Below, in pieces: positions 38,520-52,102 of a stretch of DNA of 64,000 nucleotides. How positions within the stretch are numbered: the stretch's first letter is position 1; each line of letters begins with the position of its first letter. A program made the position numbers and the translations under genes. Origin of the DNA: Octopus sinensis (taxonomy: Eukaryota); assembly GCF_006345805.1 (NCBI RefSeq), contig NC_042999.1:27590001-27654000 (forward strand), written 5' to 3'. The notes beneath the pieces are model-generated. The model was given only the letters and a program-made list of their open reading frames with translations, made no database searches and was not told where the DNA came from.

Positions 38520-38978
38520 AACAGTATTTTTTTTTTTTTTTGCTAGTTTATTTTGTTTCTTGTCTTCTCTCCTGGTGCTGTATGAACATTTAATGTGGTT
38601 TTAGAGTCAAGTTTTAGCTGCTATTTCCAGCGTGGTGGTATCTCTTAGATACCCTAAATTATAATTTTATATATATTTCTATATATATTTCTATTAATAA
38701 ATAAAATAATGTATAAATATTAATAAATAAAATAATATATAAATATAAAAATATACATACATATATATATATTTAAAATCTATAAGTTTAAATTATTTAA
38801 ATAATTTTTTAATTTTTATCTTTTATATTTTTAAATTAATTTTATGTATTGGCTTATGTTTTTCACTGTTTGATTTGCCTAATAGTGGTTTTATCTCTAA
38901 TTTAATATAATATATTTATACTATAAAATTGGATTTAATCCCTAATACTATTATTATATATATATATATATATGTATG

Positions 38979-39630
38979 TGAGGGAGAGCCAAAATTCATA
39001 TGAACTCTTGTCTTTTCAATATATTTGCACAAAAGCAGGGGATAAACAAGTACATCGTTTTTCTATGTAGTCTCCTTCTTTTACAATGCACTTAGTCCAG
39101 CGATCCACAAGCTTGCATATTTCCACCAAGAAGAAGGTTTTGGGCCAGTCTTTGTAAACCATCTTTGAGCAGTCCAAAGATATGATAGTCAGAAGGGGCA
39201 AGATCCGAGCTGTATGCAGGGTGTTTCAGCACCTCAAAGCCCAATTGGTTAATGGTTTCAAATGGTCTGGGTGGCCATGTATGGGCATGCATTGTCATGC
39301 AACAACAAAGCTTTCTTTAACAATAGGCTTCAGTGTTTGGTGTGAATTGCAGTCTTCTGTTTGTTGGCCAGCAAAGCACTGTGTCTTGCACTGTGATCTT
39401 ATACCCCTTTTCTACAGAAATTGTTTCAATGCTCTTTGTTCTTCTTTGGTACACGTTGCTAGTGGAGTGGCCATGCTCACACTGTAAAGCCAGAAAGAAA
39501 AATGACACAATCAAACTTTGATCATGCGACGACAATAGTACCAACTATAAGCATGCATGTGCAGAAGGCAATACGACAATAATAAAGTTATGTTATGGTG
39601 AAAGTGCAAATAAATTTTGACTTCCCCTAG
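38979..39630 (-). mobile_element. Decayed mariner relic
   Basis: LGFEVLKHPAYSSDLAPSDYHIFG. Degenerate TIRs next to (TA)n. Confidence 0.75.
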
Positions 39631-39638
39631 TATATATA

Positions 39639-39674
<36 letters not shown>

Positions 39675-39800
39675 TGTATGTATGTATATATATATGTGTG
39701 TGTGTATGTATATATGTATATATATATGTGTGTGTATGTATATATGTATATATATATGTGTGTGTATGTATATATATGTGTGTGTGTGTGTGTGTATGTA

Positions 39801-39845
<45 letters not shown>

Positions 39846-39873
39846 CATGTGTGTATGTATATATCTATATGTG

Positions 39874-39954
<81 letters not shown>

Positions 39955-41017
39955 TTTCGGTATGTGGTTAAGCAACTTAACCCTTAATCATATATATATA
40001 TATATAATTATATTGTGTGGGTAGAAATTGATTAATCAATTAAAACCAGTGGCTTAGCATAGTTGAAAAATCTGAAGATTAAAAATTATATTACATACAA
40101 AATTAAGAGGAGTCATTCCTCTTAATTTTATATGTAATATATATATATATATATATATATATGTAAAACTAAAAGTTATTAATGAAAGATTATCAATCCA
40201 GACAAAATTTTATAAGGTGTCTGTTAATACAAATACACCAGACTAACAAAATTTTTTTCATTAGTAAAGAACATTGTGTATACCTATGGCTGGGTCTGTA
40301 GTTATATTTCAACACCATTCTATATTATGAATCCATGGTTGAATTTCCAGTCAGACCAGTCTTTTACACAGTGAGACATACAAGACAAAGTGTAAATAAC
40401 AGTCATTATTTATCTTTTTTTCTTACAGTAAATCTGACTTACAGCTCTTTCTAATAGTTATTATAGGTTTGCTAATTGATCGGTTCACTCAATTGGTCTA
40501 TTGATTGATTGGGAAACAGCAACAGCCCAGCTACTATTTTAGCTGTGTTGTGTTAACGTTTCTATACACATGACATACCCATACAAAACACAATCTCCTC
40601 AATACACATGATTCCACTTACAGTGCAGATTGTCTCTAAGTTACTTTCTTATTCATTGGTCATGTTCACTGACATAAAGTATCTAGTGGAGTGTCCATAC
40701 CTCATTTCTTTTCACACTTCACACATTCTCTCCCTTCACAACACACATTCACTTATATGTAAATATATATATATATATATATAATACAAATAAGAAAATG
40801 GAGAAACAAATTTAGTTTGTTCATCAACTTTCGGATATTAGAATGTTGAATTATTTGTTCTTTTAACAAAATGAGAAACTCAATAGCACACATATATATC
40901 TTATAATTCAATACATATAAGATAAGAATACAAATTATAAAAGTCATAATATAAATTATTGAAATCATTAAAATCACTTCTTACAGCTGTTTCATTGTGC
41001 CTATAATAAAGATTTTA

Positions 41018-41098
41018 ACTAGCAGGTTTCACTATCCTGGACTGATGACGGGTAAGACCCAGAAACATGCATGTCTTCAGGTGTGAATCCTAGCTGGT
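41018..41098 (+). ncRNA. Type I hammerhead ribozyme motif (Penelope-like element associated)
   Basis: Stem I CCTGGA(41036-41)/TTCAGG(41076-81); core CTGATGA 41042-48; stem II GGGT-aag-ACCC; GAAA 41062-65; palindromic stem III ACATGCATGT; GTC cleavage triplet ending 41075. Stem I extends ~14 more bp past an internal loop. Confidence 0.8.
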
Positions 41099-41501
41099 GG
41101 GGGTGCTTGCCTCCCTTTCGCAAATATAAGGACACAGAAAATGTGTCAAAGCCGACAGGAAGCGTTCGATGCTTCCTAGGGCTAAACAGCGGTGGTGTAA
41201 TTCCCTTACAGGACTGTCACGTGATGTTAACAGTATACAACCACTCTATCGCTCCACCACCGCTCATGTCTCTGAGACATTTAGAAATTCAATATTTCTA
41301 ATTATTTTATTATCATAATACAATAAATGAGTTAATTGCATTGCAATTAAAAGCATTTATGTATTAAGAATCTGGATACTTTACCAACAGTATATTGGAT
41401 AAATACTATCCCATAGTGGGTTACACCCATAACCCCTGTCTTACTTTGTATTATATATATGTATATATATATGTTAAATGATGATGATGATGATGATGAT
41501 G

Positions 41502-41533
<32 letters not shown>

Positions 41534-42811
41534 ATGGAGTTTGGCTAAGTGCAGTTTCTTGGTGATCCACTTTGGGTGTGGCGCCGGCACGTCTGGAAGA
41601 AAAGTGACAGTCCTTTGTTTACTGGGAGACTGATGGCTTTTGGATGGACCTTTCTGGCCTTGTGCGGTCAATTAGAGGTCGTTCTAAACACCCCTTGAAG
41701 AAGAGGAAGGAAAGTGGTGAGAAAGATAGAGTAAGGAATCTAAGAGCAGATAGAGAGGGTGATAGGCAGCAGGCGATAGAGATAGCAGTAAGGGACCAGG
41801 GCAGTTAGAGAGGGCATAAGCGGTAGAGACATAAGGGGTCAGAGAGAATGTGGAAGAGGAAGACAGATTAAGGGATCTGAGAGCTGTCGTGAGAGAGATA
41901 GGCAGTAGGGCTAAGAGCAGATGGAGAGGGTATTGGCAGTAAGAGAGGATGAGGGGCAGAGAGAAGAAAAGTAGTAAGAGAGATAGAGTATAAGGCTAAG
42001 GGACAGATTGAGGATAAAGATAGAGTAAGGAATCAGAGGGCAAATAGAGAGGCTATAAGCAATAGAGACAGAGGGAGATTAGGGTAGTGGGAAGGACAGA
42101 GACGAAGTGAGGTCTTGGCAGTCAGGGATCGGTTGTCGAGGAACACAGTCGGATTCTGGAATCTTAGGAGCAAGTTGGGATGCAGGAGTTTGGCAGGCTG
42201 GATTTAGCAGTATTGAGAGATGAGTGCAGAATGGGACACTGGCGATTCAGTTAGGAATTAAGGTATGTGATTGTGTATTGATACGTGTCACGATGTAAAA
42301 GAAAGGAAGAGAAAGAAGAGAGAAAAAGAAGGACTCTGTCGATGTAGTCGATAAAGAACATTGTGAATTGAGTAAAGGACTTGTTGAATTGTAACGTGAA
42401 TTGTTGTGATACGAACATTGTATAATGTATCGAAGTGTTCTGATTGGACTGTGACGTATCGTGAACATTATTTGATCTGGACTTGTGTCGTTACTGAACA
42501 CTGTTATATTGTTACATGCATGTTGTTAAATGCTTTGATCTGTGGTATACCGTATGATGTATTGATTTGTTGTTTGCCTTAAATGCTTTGATGTTGTAAT
42601 CATTGATTGTCATATAAACTAGTTGTTGAATGTAAGCCAGTGTTGCCGTTTTGCCTTGCCTCTCTGTGTCTCTGTTGCCTTGCTGCGGTTGTGTCTCTCT
42701 CTCTCCTCTCTCCGACGAGTTTCCATGGCGAGAATATTCGCTGATCAAGTCGGGCCTGTCTGAGGGATTCCATACAGTTTTCGGAGGTCCCCTCGTAACA
42801 AATGATGATGA

Positions 42812-42849
<38 letters not shown>

Positions 42850-42854
<5 letters not shown>

Positions 42855-44600
42855 ATAACATATATTTGCCAACTAAGTGTGGAAAAATAGAGAAAATGAA
42901 TTTGGATGTCTCTTTGAAGGGCATTTCTATTCCATTTAAAAAGGAATACTTGAAGGATGTAATAAACAAAACTAAGGATTTCATATACAGATTAAGATGG
43001 AAGGTGCTTTTGGTAAGAAACTTGAACGGGAAAATAAAGGAATTAATCAAGATAGAAGCAATGAAGCAGATATAATTAAAAAACATTTTAAAATGCAATG
43101 ATACCTACCACCCAAACATCTCGAAGTTTTTAAAGATGAATTATGGGAGGCAATAAGAAATATCAAATTCGTGAAGCAGCCACTCAGAGATCAATACCAG
43201 TGGAAATTAAGATCGATAATTTTGGATTTAAAATCTAAACAAAGAATATTGGTTCAATCTGACAAAACAGGAAATATATGTAATTTGAACATTGATCTAT
43301 ACCATTGATCTACTGAGAAAGGAAATCATAAAAAAATACATAATAGTTACGAGAAATACATTAAGAACAATTAATCTTGAAGCTAAAAACGTTATGATTG
43401 AATACGCTATTGAAAATAAAACTGAACCTTTTTTTGGCCTTTAAGGCCTAGAATCTCTTTAAAAAAACCACAAGGATACTTTTCAAAGAAACCCTAAGTT
43501 ACACTAATCTGCCCAGATAGATTGGACATGGGTAAACTTAATAAATGTATTATAGATAAATATGTAGATAAACACAAGAACAAAAGTAAACTTAAACAAT
43601 GGTCTAATACACTAGAAGCAATAGATTGGTTCATCAAAATAGAAAAAAAAAAATAAATGCAAATTTCTACAGGTAGATATTAATGACTATTACTCATCAA
43701 TTAACTCCATAGTCTTAAATAGTGTCCTAGTATTTGGTAAAAATAATTCTAAATTGTCTTGGAAAGAAATTCAGGTCATACTAACAGCTCATAAATCAAT
43801 AATTAAGTTCGTTAATAAACTATGAGCACATAATGGATACACCTGACTGCTTTGATGTAGTTATGGGATTATCTGACTGCTCAGGCCACAGACTTAGTCT
43901 GTTTATCATTTAACATAAATTCTGTAGTAAATTTCTTGAAATGGGTGGTTGTCTATATAGGGATGATGCGTTGTTCATCATAAAGAACCCTCCACATAGA
44001 AAGAATTATATAAGAAAAAACTCTACCAGTTCTTTAACCATTAACTCAGTTAATTTTTGTTGTGAACTTTAACCTTATTTCAGGCTAAATCCAAAATCAC
44101 CTATATTAATATAAAAAGTAATCATCCTAAGTCAATTACTAATTGTTTAGTTAATGAAAGAAGAATAAATTACCACTCAAATAGCAAAGATATATTTAAT
44201 GATAACAAGGAATTATATAATATTGCACTGGGAAAAGCAGGATATAAACAGAAAATTAAATATATTAAGCATGGTTTATATACAATTAATAAAAAGCTTA
44301 AACAAGTGCATGAAGGTAAACATAACATAGATAAGAATAAGCTGAGGACTCGACCTATGAATAATACCATAGAAACTGATAACACAGTTAATAGATTACA
44401 CTATAACTATATATTGAACCAAAATAACCAACATAAAAATAGCGTAGTAGAAACGAAAAAGATAGACCTGAAGACTAACGCTTATCCTGATATTGACAAT
44501 AACAATATAAACATGCATATATTACACTCTAAGCATACTAATCCTAAAGCAAGTGATGACCATAATCAGAAAAAATATAAATACTATATCAGCCTCCATC
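42850..44600 (+). mobile_element. Degenerate Penelope-like element RT ORF
   Basis: SLKGISIP..EYLK..INKTKDFIYRLRWK; QSDKTGN; LQVDINDYYSSI; YRDDAL (~43957); KSNHPK..IF..YNIALGKAGY. Many stops and frameshifts. Confidence 0.82.
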
Positions 44601-44659
44601 AAGGTCAATAAGAACATGAATTTATCCAGCAATTATAATAACAACTTTAGCACTATTTA

Positions 44660-45205
44660 CAATCATCATCATCATCATCATTTAACATATGCTTTCCATG
44701 CTAGCATGGGTTGGACAGTTCAACTGGGGTCTGGGAAGCCTGAAGGCTGCACCAGGCTCCAGTCTGATCTGGCGGTGTTTCTACAGCTGGATGCCCTTCC
44801 TAACGCCAACCACTCCATGAGTGTAGTGGGTGCTTTTTATGTGCCACCGACACAGGTGCCAGACAAGGCTGGCGAACGGCCATGCTCGGATGGTGCTTTT
44901 TACGTGCCACCGACACAGGTGCTAGACGAGGCTGGTGAACGGCTACACTCAGATGGTGCTTTTTACGTGCCACCGGCACGGAGGCTAGGCGAGGCTAGCA
45001 CAGTCACGATCGGATGGTGTTTGTTACGTGCCACCAGCACGGAGGCCAGTCGCTGCGGTGCTGGCAACAGCCACGTTCAGATGGTTCTCTTATGTTCCAA
45101 TGGCACTGGTACCACAACTACAAATTCCATTGATGTTGATCGATTTCGATTTGATTTTTTTGATTCTTTGATTTTTGATTTTCACTTGCCTCAACAGGTC
45201 TTCAC
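44660..45205 (-). mobile_element. RTE-family 3' UTR with internal tandem units and (GAT)n tail
   Basis: Matches 24871-25230. Four to five GGTGCTTTTTACGTGCCACC units. Confidence 0.8.
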
Positions 45206-45446
45206 AAGTAACAATAGAAATAGAAATAAAAATTATATACCATATGTAAAATCTTATATATTAAACTATCATAATCCAACTTCTGGTAATAATAAAATAA
45301 AGGAGAATATTATCTGGCTGATATTGTCCTTTGCTAAGCAAGTAAAAACAAAACCTAATTAGAGTTATATGTTGAATAATAAATAAACACTTCTCTCCTA
45401 ATGAAAACAATTATTGTAACTTATTTCACAGCAGACATTTTAAATA

Positions 45447-45790
45447 CCGTAAATCCTCGAGTATAATCCGCATTTTTTCCTCAAAATTTAAAGGCCAAAA
45501 TCCCTAGTGCGTACTATATACGAGGTTAAAAATGAAAATTATTTTCTAAGCAATGTCCGAGTCTCTATTTGCTGTCCGGCAATGTTTATTCAGACGCATC
45601 TTATGATGTCAGGCGCGAAAATACCTTAAATCATCCATAACTTGCAGTTAGCAACATTTATTAAACGTTATTACTGTTATTTCTTTATTTTCAGCACACA
45701 AAATGCACAAAAAAGCTACACGTTTGCATTATGTTATATATACAATAATAATAAAGGACGTTACCATATATATTTTTACAAACCAAGGAT
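45447..45790 (+). mobile_element. Truncated Tc1/pogo-type non-autonomous element
   Basis: TA-CCGTAAATCCTCGAGTATAATCCGCA terminus. The opposite TIR was not found. Confidence 0.5.
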
Positions 45791-46239
45791 GTTATATAGA
45801 CCTCCTAGACTCTGTCATTATAGTTTGCTCATTCAATTGGTCCATTGATTGGTTGAGAACAATTGAGCCACCTTAAAGACTACCATGACTCCAACAAGGA
45901 TAGCATTAATTCTTTAAAGTCATTTTTGTTTAGCCACAATCTTCATCATCATCCTTTTATTTCCTTCTTCCACACTGGCGAAGGTTGGACAGTTTGACAG
46001 CAACTAGCAAGTCCGAAGGCTGTCAACTCTGATAAAGCAGATCTATGATCAAAGGCATTCTAGCCATGACCATCCACTTTTTTAGAAGTATCTATGACCA
46101 CATTAGGTCATGTAGACTTCTATTTTTTAAATCACTCTGGTGTAATGTGATGAAGGTGGTGGTGGTGGTGGTCGGTGGTGGCAGTGGTACTGATAATAAT
46201 AATAATGATAATAATAATAATAATAATAATAATTCTTTC

Positions 46240-46447
46240 TGCTAAAGGCAAAAGGCCTGAAATTTGGCGGGAGGGGACAGGTTAATTACATTGACCTCAG
46301 TGTTTCACTGCTACTTAATTTATCAACCCCAAAAGGATGAAAGGCAAAGTTCACCTTGGCAGAATTTGAACTCAGAACATAAAGACAGACGAAATGCTGC
46401 TAAGCATTTTGCCCAGTGAGCTAATGATTCTGCCAGCTCACTACCTT
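46240..46447 (-). mobile_element. SINE family A
   Basis: Diverged match. Confidence 0.75.
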
Positions 46448-46473
46448 CTTAATGCTACTGATGATGATGATAC

Positions 46474-46518
<45 letters not shown>

Positions 46519-46585
46519 TAATAAATATAAAAATAAAACTATAAAAAGCTATAAAAATAAAACTACTGAATAATGATAATAATAA

Positions 46586-47147
46586 ATGCCCTGATGCAGT
46601 ACCATGCAGTGGCATTCATGGCTTTTGATCTTAACTGATTGGAAATGTTATCATGTACATGTTTTGTCTTGGTATAAAAAGATGAGCTACAGCAAATATT
46701 CTGCACAATACCACAGATTTGCTCGTCAGTTGTTTGACCATAACCAGTTGAGCATGTCCCTTAGTGGCTGACAATATGCGTATTTCTGATCATGAGCAGA
46801 AGTAGTTGGGGAGCATCATAGCCATGTGTTGAAAAGAATTCTTTGGGTTTTGAATAATTCACCTCTGGAAACATGTGTGTTTCATTTTCATCATCCTTAA
46901 ACAACCCTTATTCAGGGACCTTTCGAGCGGGATGGGCTACTCAACCCGAAGAAAATTCTAACTAGGCCCCCACCTGCAAGGTCATGTACTGTTTATCTTG
47001 ATATGAGATCACCATGTCGCACACATATGGTTGTGATGCATGTGCCTAATGTACCCTTGTCAGATGAGTAGTCATGATGGGTATATTGGGCTTCATATAT
47101 TTTACCCCAGTGTCACTTTGATGGCATGCACTGCCCTCTCATTCACT
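46586..47147 (+). mobile_element. Family F element, full length, in (TAA)n
   Basis: Starts ATGCCCTGATGCAGTACC. (TAA)n on both flanks. Confidence 0.88.
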
Positions 47148-47406
47148 AATAATAATGATAATAATAATAATAATATTTCGTTTTGGGATTTGGCTTGCAA
47201 GATTCTTTATATGAGTTCGTGTGTTGAAGCATATTCTGTTGTGTCTGGAGAGAGTCATTCTCTTTTAGTGCCTTACAATGTAACACACTCACCGGTAAAA
47301 GAGAATGACTCTTCCCAGACACAATAGAATAATAATGATAATAATAATATAATGACTGCAACAAATTAACAGGACCTTACTCACTATGTTTACGTTTTCT
47401 CCACAG

Positions 47407-47573
47407 CTATCGAGAATCTGCTGATTGCTTGACAAAAGAGACCAACATTGATGTGAACCGCTATGAGACATGTGACAATATTGATTTAGAAACTATCCTG
47501 ATGGACTTTGAGAATTATTACCACCTCAAATTTTCCAAGTACCCGAAACTAACTAAAGCATCTTTATCAAGCG
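47407..47573 (+). CDS. KATNAL2: KATNAL2 coding exon 3 (YRESADCLTKETNIDVNRYETCDNIDLETILMDFENYYHLKFSKYPKLTKASLSS)
   Basis: Acceptor GTTTTCTCCACAG|. Contains the diagnostic CDNIDLETILM..E.YY..KF.KYPK motif. Phase 2 in matches exon 2. Donor G|GTTAAG, phase 1. Confidence 0.95.
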
Positions 47574-47921
47574 GTTAAGATTTTTTTTCTTTCTATATTT
47601 TGCTTTCTTTATATAATTTAACAATTGGTGTTGGAGTTGTTGTTGTTGTTATTATTATGACTTAATATCATTATCATTATTGTTGTTGTTGTTGTTACTA
47701 TTATTATCATCATTAAGGCAGTGAACCGGCAGAACCCTTAGCATGCTGGGCATTTCATCCATCTTTACATTGTGTTCAAATGCTGTCAGGGTCGATTTTA
47801 CCATTCATCCTTTTGGGGTCAATAAAATAAGTACCAGTTGAGCACTGGGGATAATGTAATTGACTTAGCCCCCAACCGAAAAAAAAAAAAAAATTGCTGG
47901 CCTTGTGCCACAATTTGAAAC

Positions 47922-47952
<31 letters not shown>

Positions 47953-47954
47953 TT

Positions 47955-48210
47955 TGAGTGAGAGAGCAGTGCATACCATCAAAGTGACACTGTGGTAAAA
48001 TATACGAAGCCCAGTATACCCATCATGACTACCCGTCTGATAAGGGTACACCAGGCACATGCATCACAACCATATGTGGGCGACATGGTGATCTCATATC
48101 AAGATAACCAGCACATGACCTTGCAGGTGGGGCCCAGTTAGAATTTTCTTCTGGTCGAGTAACCCGTCCTGCTCAAAAGGTCCCTGAAAAGACAAAACAA
48201 TGTACATGAT
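47955..48210 (-). mobile_element. Family F element, deleted copy
   Basis: 3' half plus a short joined piece. (TTA)n flanks. Confidence 0.78.
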
Positions 48211-48549
48211 TGTTATTATCATTATTATTATGCAGGACAGTAGGGGCACATGGCTTAGTGGTTAGGGTGTTGCACTTATGATCTAGGAATCATGATTTCA
48301 ATCCCTAGACCAGGTGGTGCATTGTGTTCTTGAGCAAAACACTTCATCTCATGTTACTCTATGGTCACTTCGACATCTGATGCTGGTACACAATGTACCT
48401 GTTGAGACAACGTGGATTTGATGGAGAAAGTGAACTAATGTGAGGCATGAACATTTGACCACTGAACACAAAATCATTTTTTGTGTAAGTTGTTTAGAAA
48501 AAAGCTGAACGCCCATACATTGTCTTCAATGAGAGAGTCCATCATTTAG

Positions 48550-48972
48550 GATGGTGAGTTGGCAAAATCATTAGCATGTCGCACAAAGTGCTTAGTGACA
48601 TTTATGTTCTGAATGGATGAAAGGTAAAGTCAACCTCGGTGGAGTTTGAACTCAGAACATAAAGACAGACAAAATACCTATTTCTTTATTACCCACAAGG
48701 GGCTAAACACAGAGGGGACAAACAAGGACAGACATAGGTATTAAGTTGATTACATCGACCCCAGTGCGTAACTGGTACTTAATTTATTGACCCCGAAAGG
48801 ATGAAAGGCAAAGTCGACCTTGGCAGAATTTGAACTCACAACGTAACGGCAGACGAAATACCGCTAAGCATTTCGCCCGGCGTGCTAACGTTTCTGCCAG
48901 CTCGCCGCCCAGACAAAATACCACTAAGCATTTCACTTGGTGTGCTAACATTTCTGCCAGCTTGCTGCCTTA
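48550..48972 (-). mobile_element. Young SINE-A (48679-48909) nested in an older SINE-A
   Basis: 13-bp TSD CAGACAAAATACC at 48666-78 and 48910-22. Confidence 0.85.
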
Positions 48973-49689
48973 AGGTAAAAAAAAAAAAATAGTTTCTGAA
49001 AATATCAAAAATGAAAAATGGTTATGACTGGTTACATGGGATGTTTTGTTCCACAATCCATTATAGGCCATACATATGTGGAAATATTTTAAACTTTTTG
49101 AATTTGCATTTCAAAGAATTACAAAAATTTTTTTTTTAAATTATAAACAGAAACAAATAGCAGATTTGAACTATCTGTATTTTGAACTTTGACTAAAAAC
49201 AAAAAAATTTGTGAAAGATAGGAAATTTTACAATTTATAGTGGGAGTGGGGTAAATAAAAAATTTTTTTAAAGTTTTTTTCATAAACATATGAATTTCCA
49301 TTTGGAGAACACAAATTCACCAAATTTTCAGAAAGTTCCAAAACAAATAAGTTATGAGGGGGCTATATGGGGTGCTTAAAGCAGAATTTGGCCATTTATG
49401 TTCTCAATGCAAGTTACAAATGTTTCAGAATGTGGAATATGATAAAATGACAGAAAATCACAAAAAAAGAGAAAATATCATTGTAGAGTTTATTGCTGTT
49501 CCAAAAGCACAATGAGTGTATGTGTTATTGTTGGTGGTGGTGGTGGTGAGGGGCAAACATTTAAATGACATGGATTTAAAAAAATTTGTTTTAAAAAGGA
49601 TTCTCTTCATAGTTTTGCAAAGCATGATTACAAAAAAAAAAAAATCCCAATAAAAGCAGAGACATTCTGACTTATAAGGGACAGCTATT

Positions 49690-50015
49690 CCAAAAGTCCT
49701 CTTACACATATGCATCACCTGTCCAAACCAATGCATTCTCCTCACCTGCATGCCACATTTAATCCCTCTTATACCTAACCTTTCTCTCAACACAGTTGTG
49801 CTTTGTCGGTCATGCACACTGACGTTGCAAATCCAACAGAGCATACTACCTTCATTCCTATTCAGCCTACACATGTCCTCTGCAGTCAGAGCCCATGTCT
49901 CACTACCATGTAACACAGCTGTTCTCACACAAGCATCATACAACCTACCTTTCACTCTAAAAGAGTCCTTTTGCTGCCAACAGAAGTAGCAGTTCTCTGA
50001 ACTTCCTCCCAGCAA
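49690..50015 (-). mobile_element. RTE LINE fragment
   Basis: RVKGRLYDACVRTAVLHGSETWAL..RRMHWFG. Confidence 0.8.
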
Positions 50016-50173
50016 CAACAACTATGCTGACCAATTTTTACTACCAAAAATGATCCAACAGTACAAATGTAAAGATTTCAAACAGGAAGCGGGGAAAATA
50101 TTTGACCCCATCCCTATATTAATTTCAAGTGTTTCACAAAATGACAAAAAAATATAGAAAAAGCGAAAGAAAC

Positions 50174-50341
50174 GCAGGAGTGGCTGTGTGGTAAGTAGCT
50201 TGCTAACCAACCACATGGTTCTGCGTTCAGTCCCACTGCGTGGCATCTTGGGCAAGTGTCTTCTGCTATAGCCCCGGGCCGACCAATGCCTTGTGAGTGG
50301 ATTTGGTAGATGGAAACTGAAAGAAGCCTGTCGTATATATG

Positions 50342-50372
<31 letters not shown>

Positions 50373-50545
50373 TTGTCCCCCTAGCATTGCTTGACAACTG
50401 ATGCTGGTGTATTTATGTCCCTGTCACTTAGCGGTTCGGCAATAGAGACCGATAGAATAAGTACTGGGCTTACTCGACTAAAGGCGGTGCTCCAGCATGG
50501 CCGCAGTCAAATGACTGAAACAAGTAAAAGAGTAAAGAGTAAAAG
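50174..50545 (+). mobile_element. SINE family B
   Basis: Full-length match. Confidence 0.85.
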
Positions 50546-50888
50546 AAACGGGTTCAAATCAATGAAAACCATTTGAACATAAAACGCCATGATTCTAAAG
50601 CTGAAAAACAAAATGTTTTTAGCAGTTGAGAGATGTAATTTTATAATTAAAATTAAATTCAATATTTCTATTTTGGGACATATTTCTTACTTACTTGTTC
50701 TATGGTAAAATAAGGCCAAAGTTTCCAATGTCTCACTGAAATAATGAAGTTTAGAAGTGGCAATATGTGTGTGTGTGTGCCTTTAATTGCGAGTGGTCAA
50801 TCCAAGGTCATTGCACAATCGTGCATTGGAAGAAAGAATTTGAACTAGAGAAAAGCTTTAACATTCATAGTCACACACACTTATACAA

Positions 50889-50919
<31 letters not shown>

Positions 50920-51006
50920 TACATACATACTTACATACATGAATGAATGATAATTTTCCGGGAGTGTTTTATTGTTTTCCTTTTTACTCTTGTATCAAAA
51001 GCAACT

Positions 51007-51260
51007 GCAGGTGTAGTGTTGGCGAATCTCAGGAAGCATGGAAGTTTTGAAGGATGCAGTGCTCCGACAACTAACAACTGATGCCGGTAGTCTGTTCTAT
51101 ACTTCAGCAACTCTCAGTGTGAAAAAATGTTTCCGAAAGTCATGGGAGCTGTGCTGTTTTCTGACTTTGTAAGCATGTCCACAGGTGTTAGACAGGTGGA
51201 GTTTGAAAAGGTGCTCAGAGTTATTGTTTGTAAGATGGTTAATAATTTTATGGTTATCAT
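51007..51260 (-). mobile_element. CR1 LINE 3' fragment (same family as 4775-5200)
   Basis: Direct nucleotide similarity to 4840-5085. Confidence 0.8.
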
Positions 51261-51309
51261 AAAAGAGAATCCATTACATTTTTTTTTTAAAGAAGTCATG
51301 GTATATTTG

Positions 51310-51726
51310 GGATATTTTCGGTTTGAATGGCAGTTTTTAACATAATTTCTAGGTAACTAAAAAATTTTAAACTTTGTATACTGGTAGAATGTGTTTATAA
51401 AACATCTCTTTCTCATGGTTTTATCGAGAAAATTCTATAGTTTGTGAGATATTTGTTGTTTTTTTTTCTTCAATTTCTGCAATTTCAACCAATCAATTAC
51501 GTGTATTGAGTAAAAAAAACATTCTGTGTCGTATGAATATGTCCCTCGTTTAAGAAACAGATTGGGTTTATTTACATTTGTGAAGAAAAAAAGATACCCT
51601 TCCCCCACCCCCTAACCCTAACCCTAAAATAGATTGAAATGCAATAGATCGATACTAGGGTCATAATTATGGGTGACAATTTCATGACACCGCTAGAAAA
51701 AACTGCCGTTCAAACCGAAAAGATCC
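51310..51726 (-). mobile_element. MITE family M1
   Basis: Perfect 8-bp TSD TATATTTG. Confidence 0.9.
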
Positions 51727-52102
51727 TATATTTGTACATTGAAAAAAAGCCTCTTCATGCAAGATTGCTCTATGCATTTCGTAGCATGGGATGAAGATGG
51801 GGGGGGCAATATCGAGAGGGGCCCCAAGCAATCGCTTCTTTCGCCTCCCTATAAAGTGCACACACACCCACACACGCATGCATACACATGCATATTGTGT
51901 ATCCCTATATTGTTCTCATCAATTTATTGCAAACTTTGCAAAAATATATTTTTTTTTTTAATGCTTTTTCAAGGGAGGCAACTTCAGATAACTAAGGGGA
52001 ATAATCGTAATTTATTTTTGCTTTTTTTTAATCTTGGTTATTAGTTTGGTTATGTTAGCAACAACACAATTGACGAATATTTGTCTTCATCTTGATAGTT
52101 AT

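Noticed and set aside
41100-41200. Hairpins resembling an HDV-like ribozyme P4/J4-2
   Set aside because: P3/L3/P1.1 could not be built in the required order.
41700-42200. Purine-rich strand-biased tract (also 3130-3400)
   Set aside because: Low-complexity AG-rich sequence with no defined unit or function that I can support.
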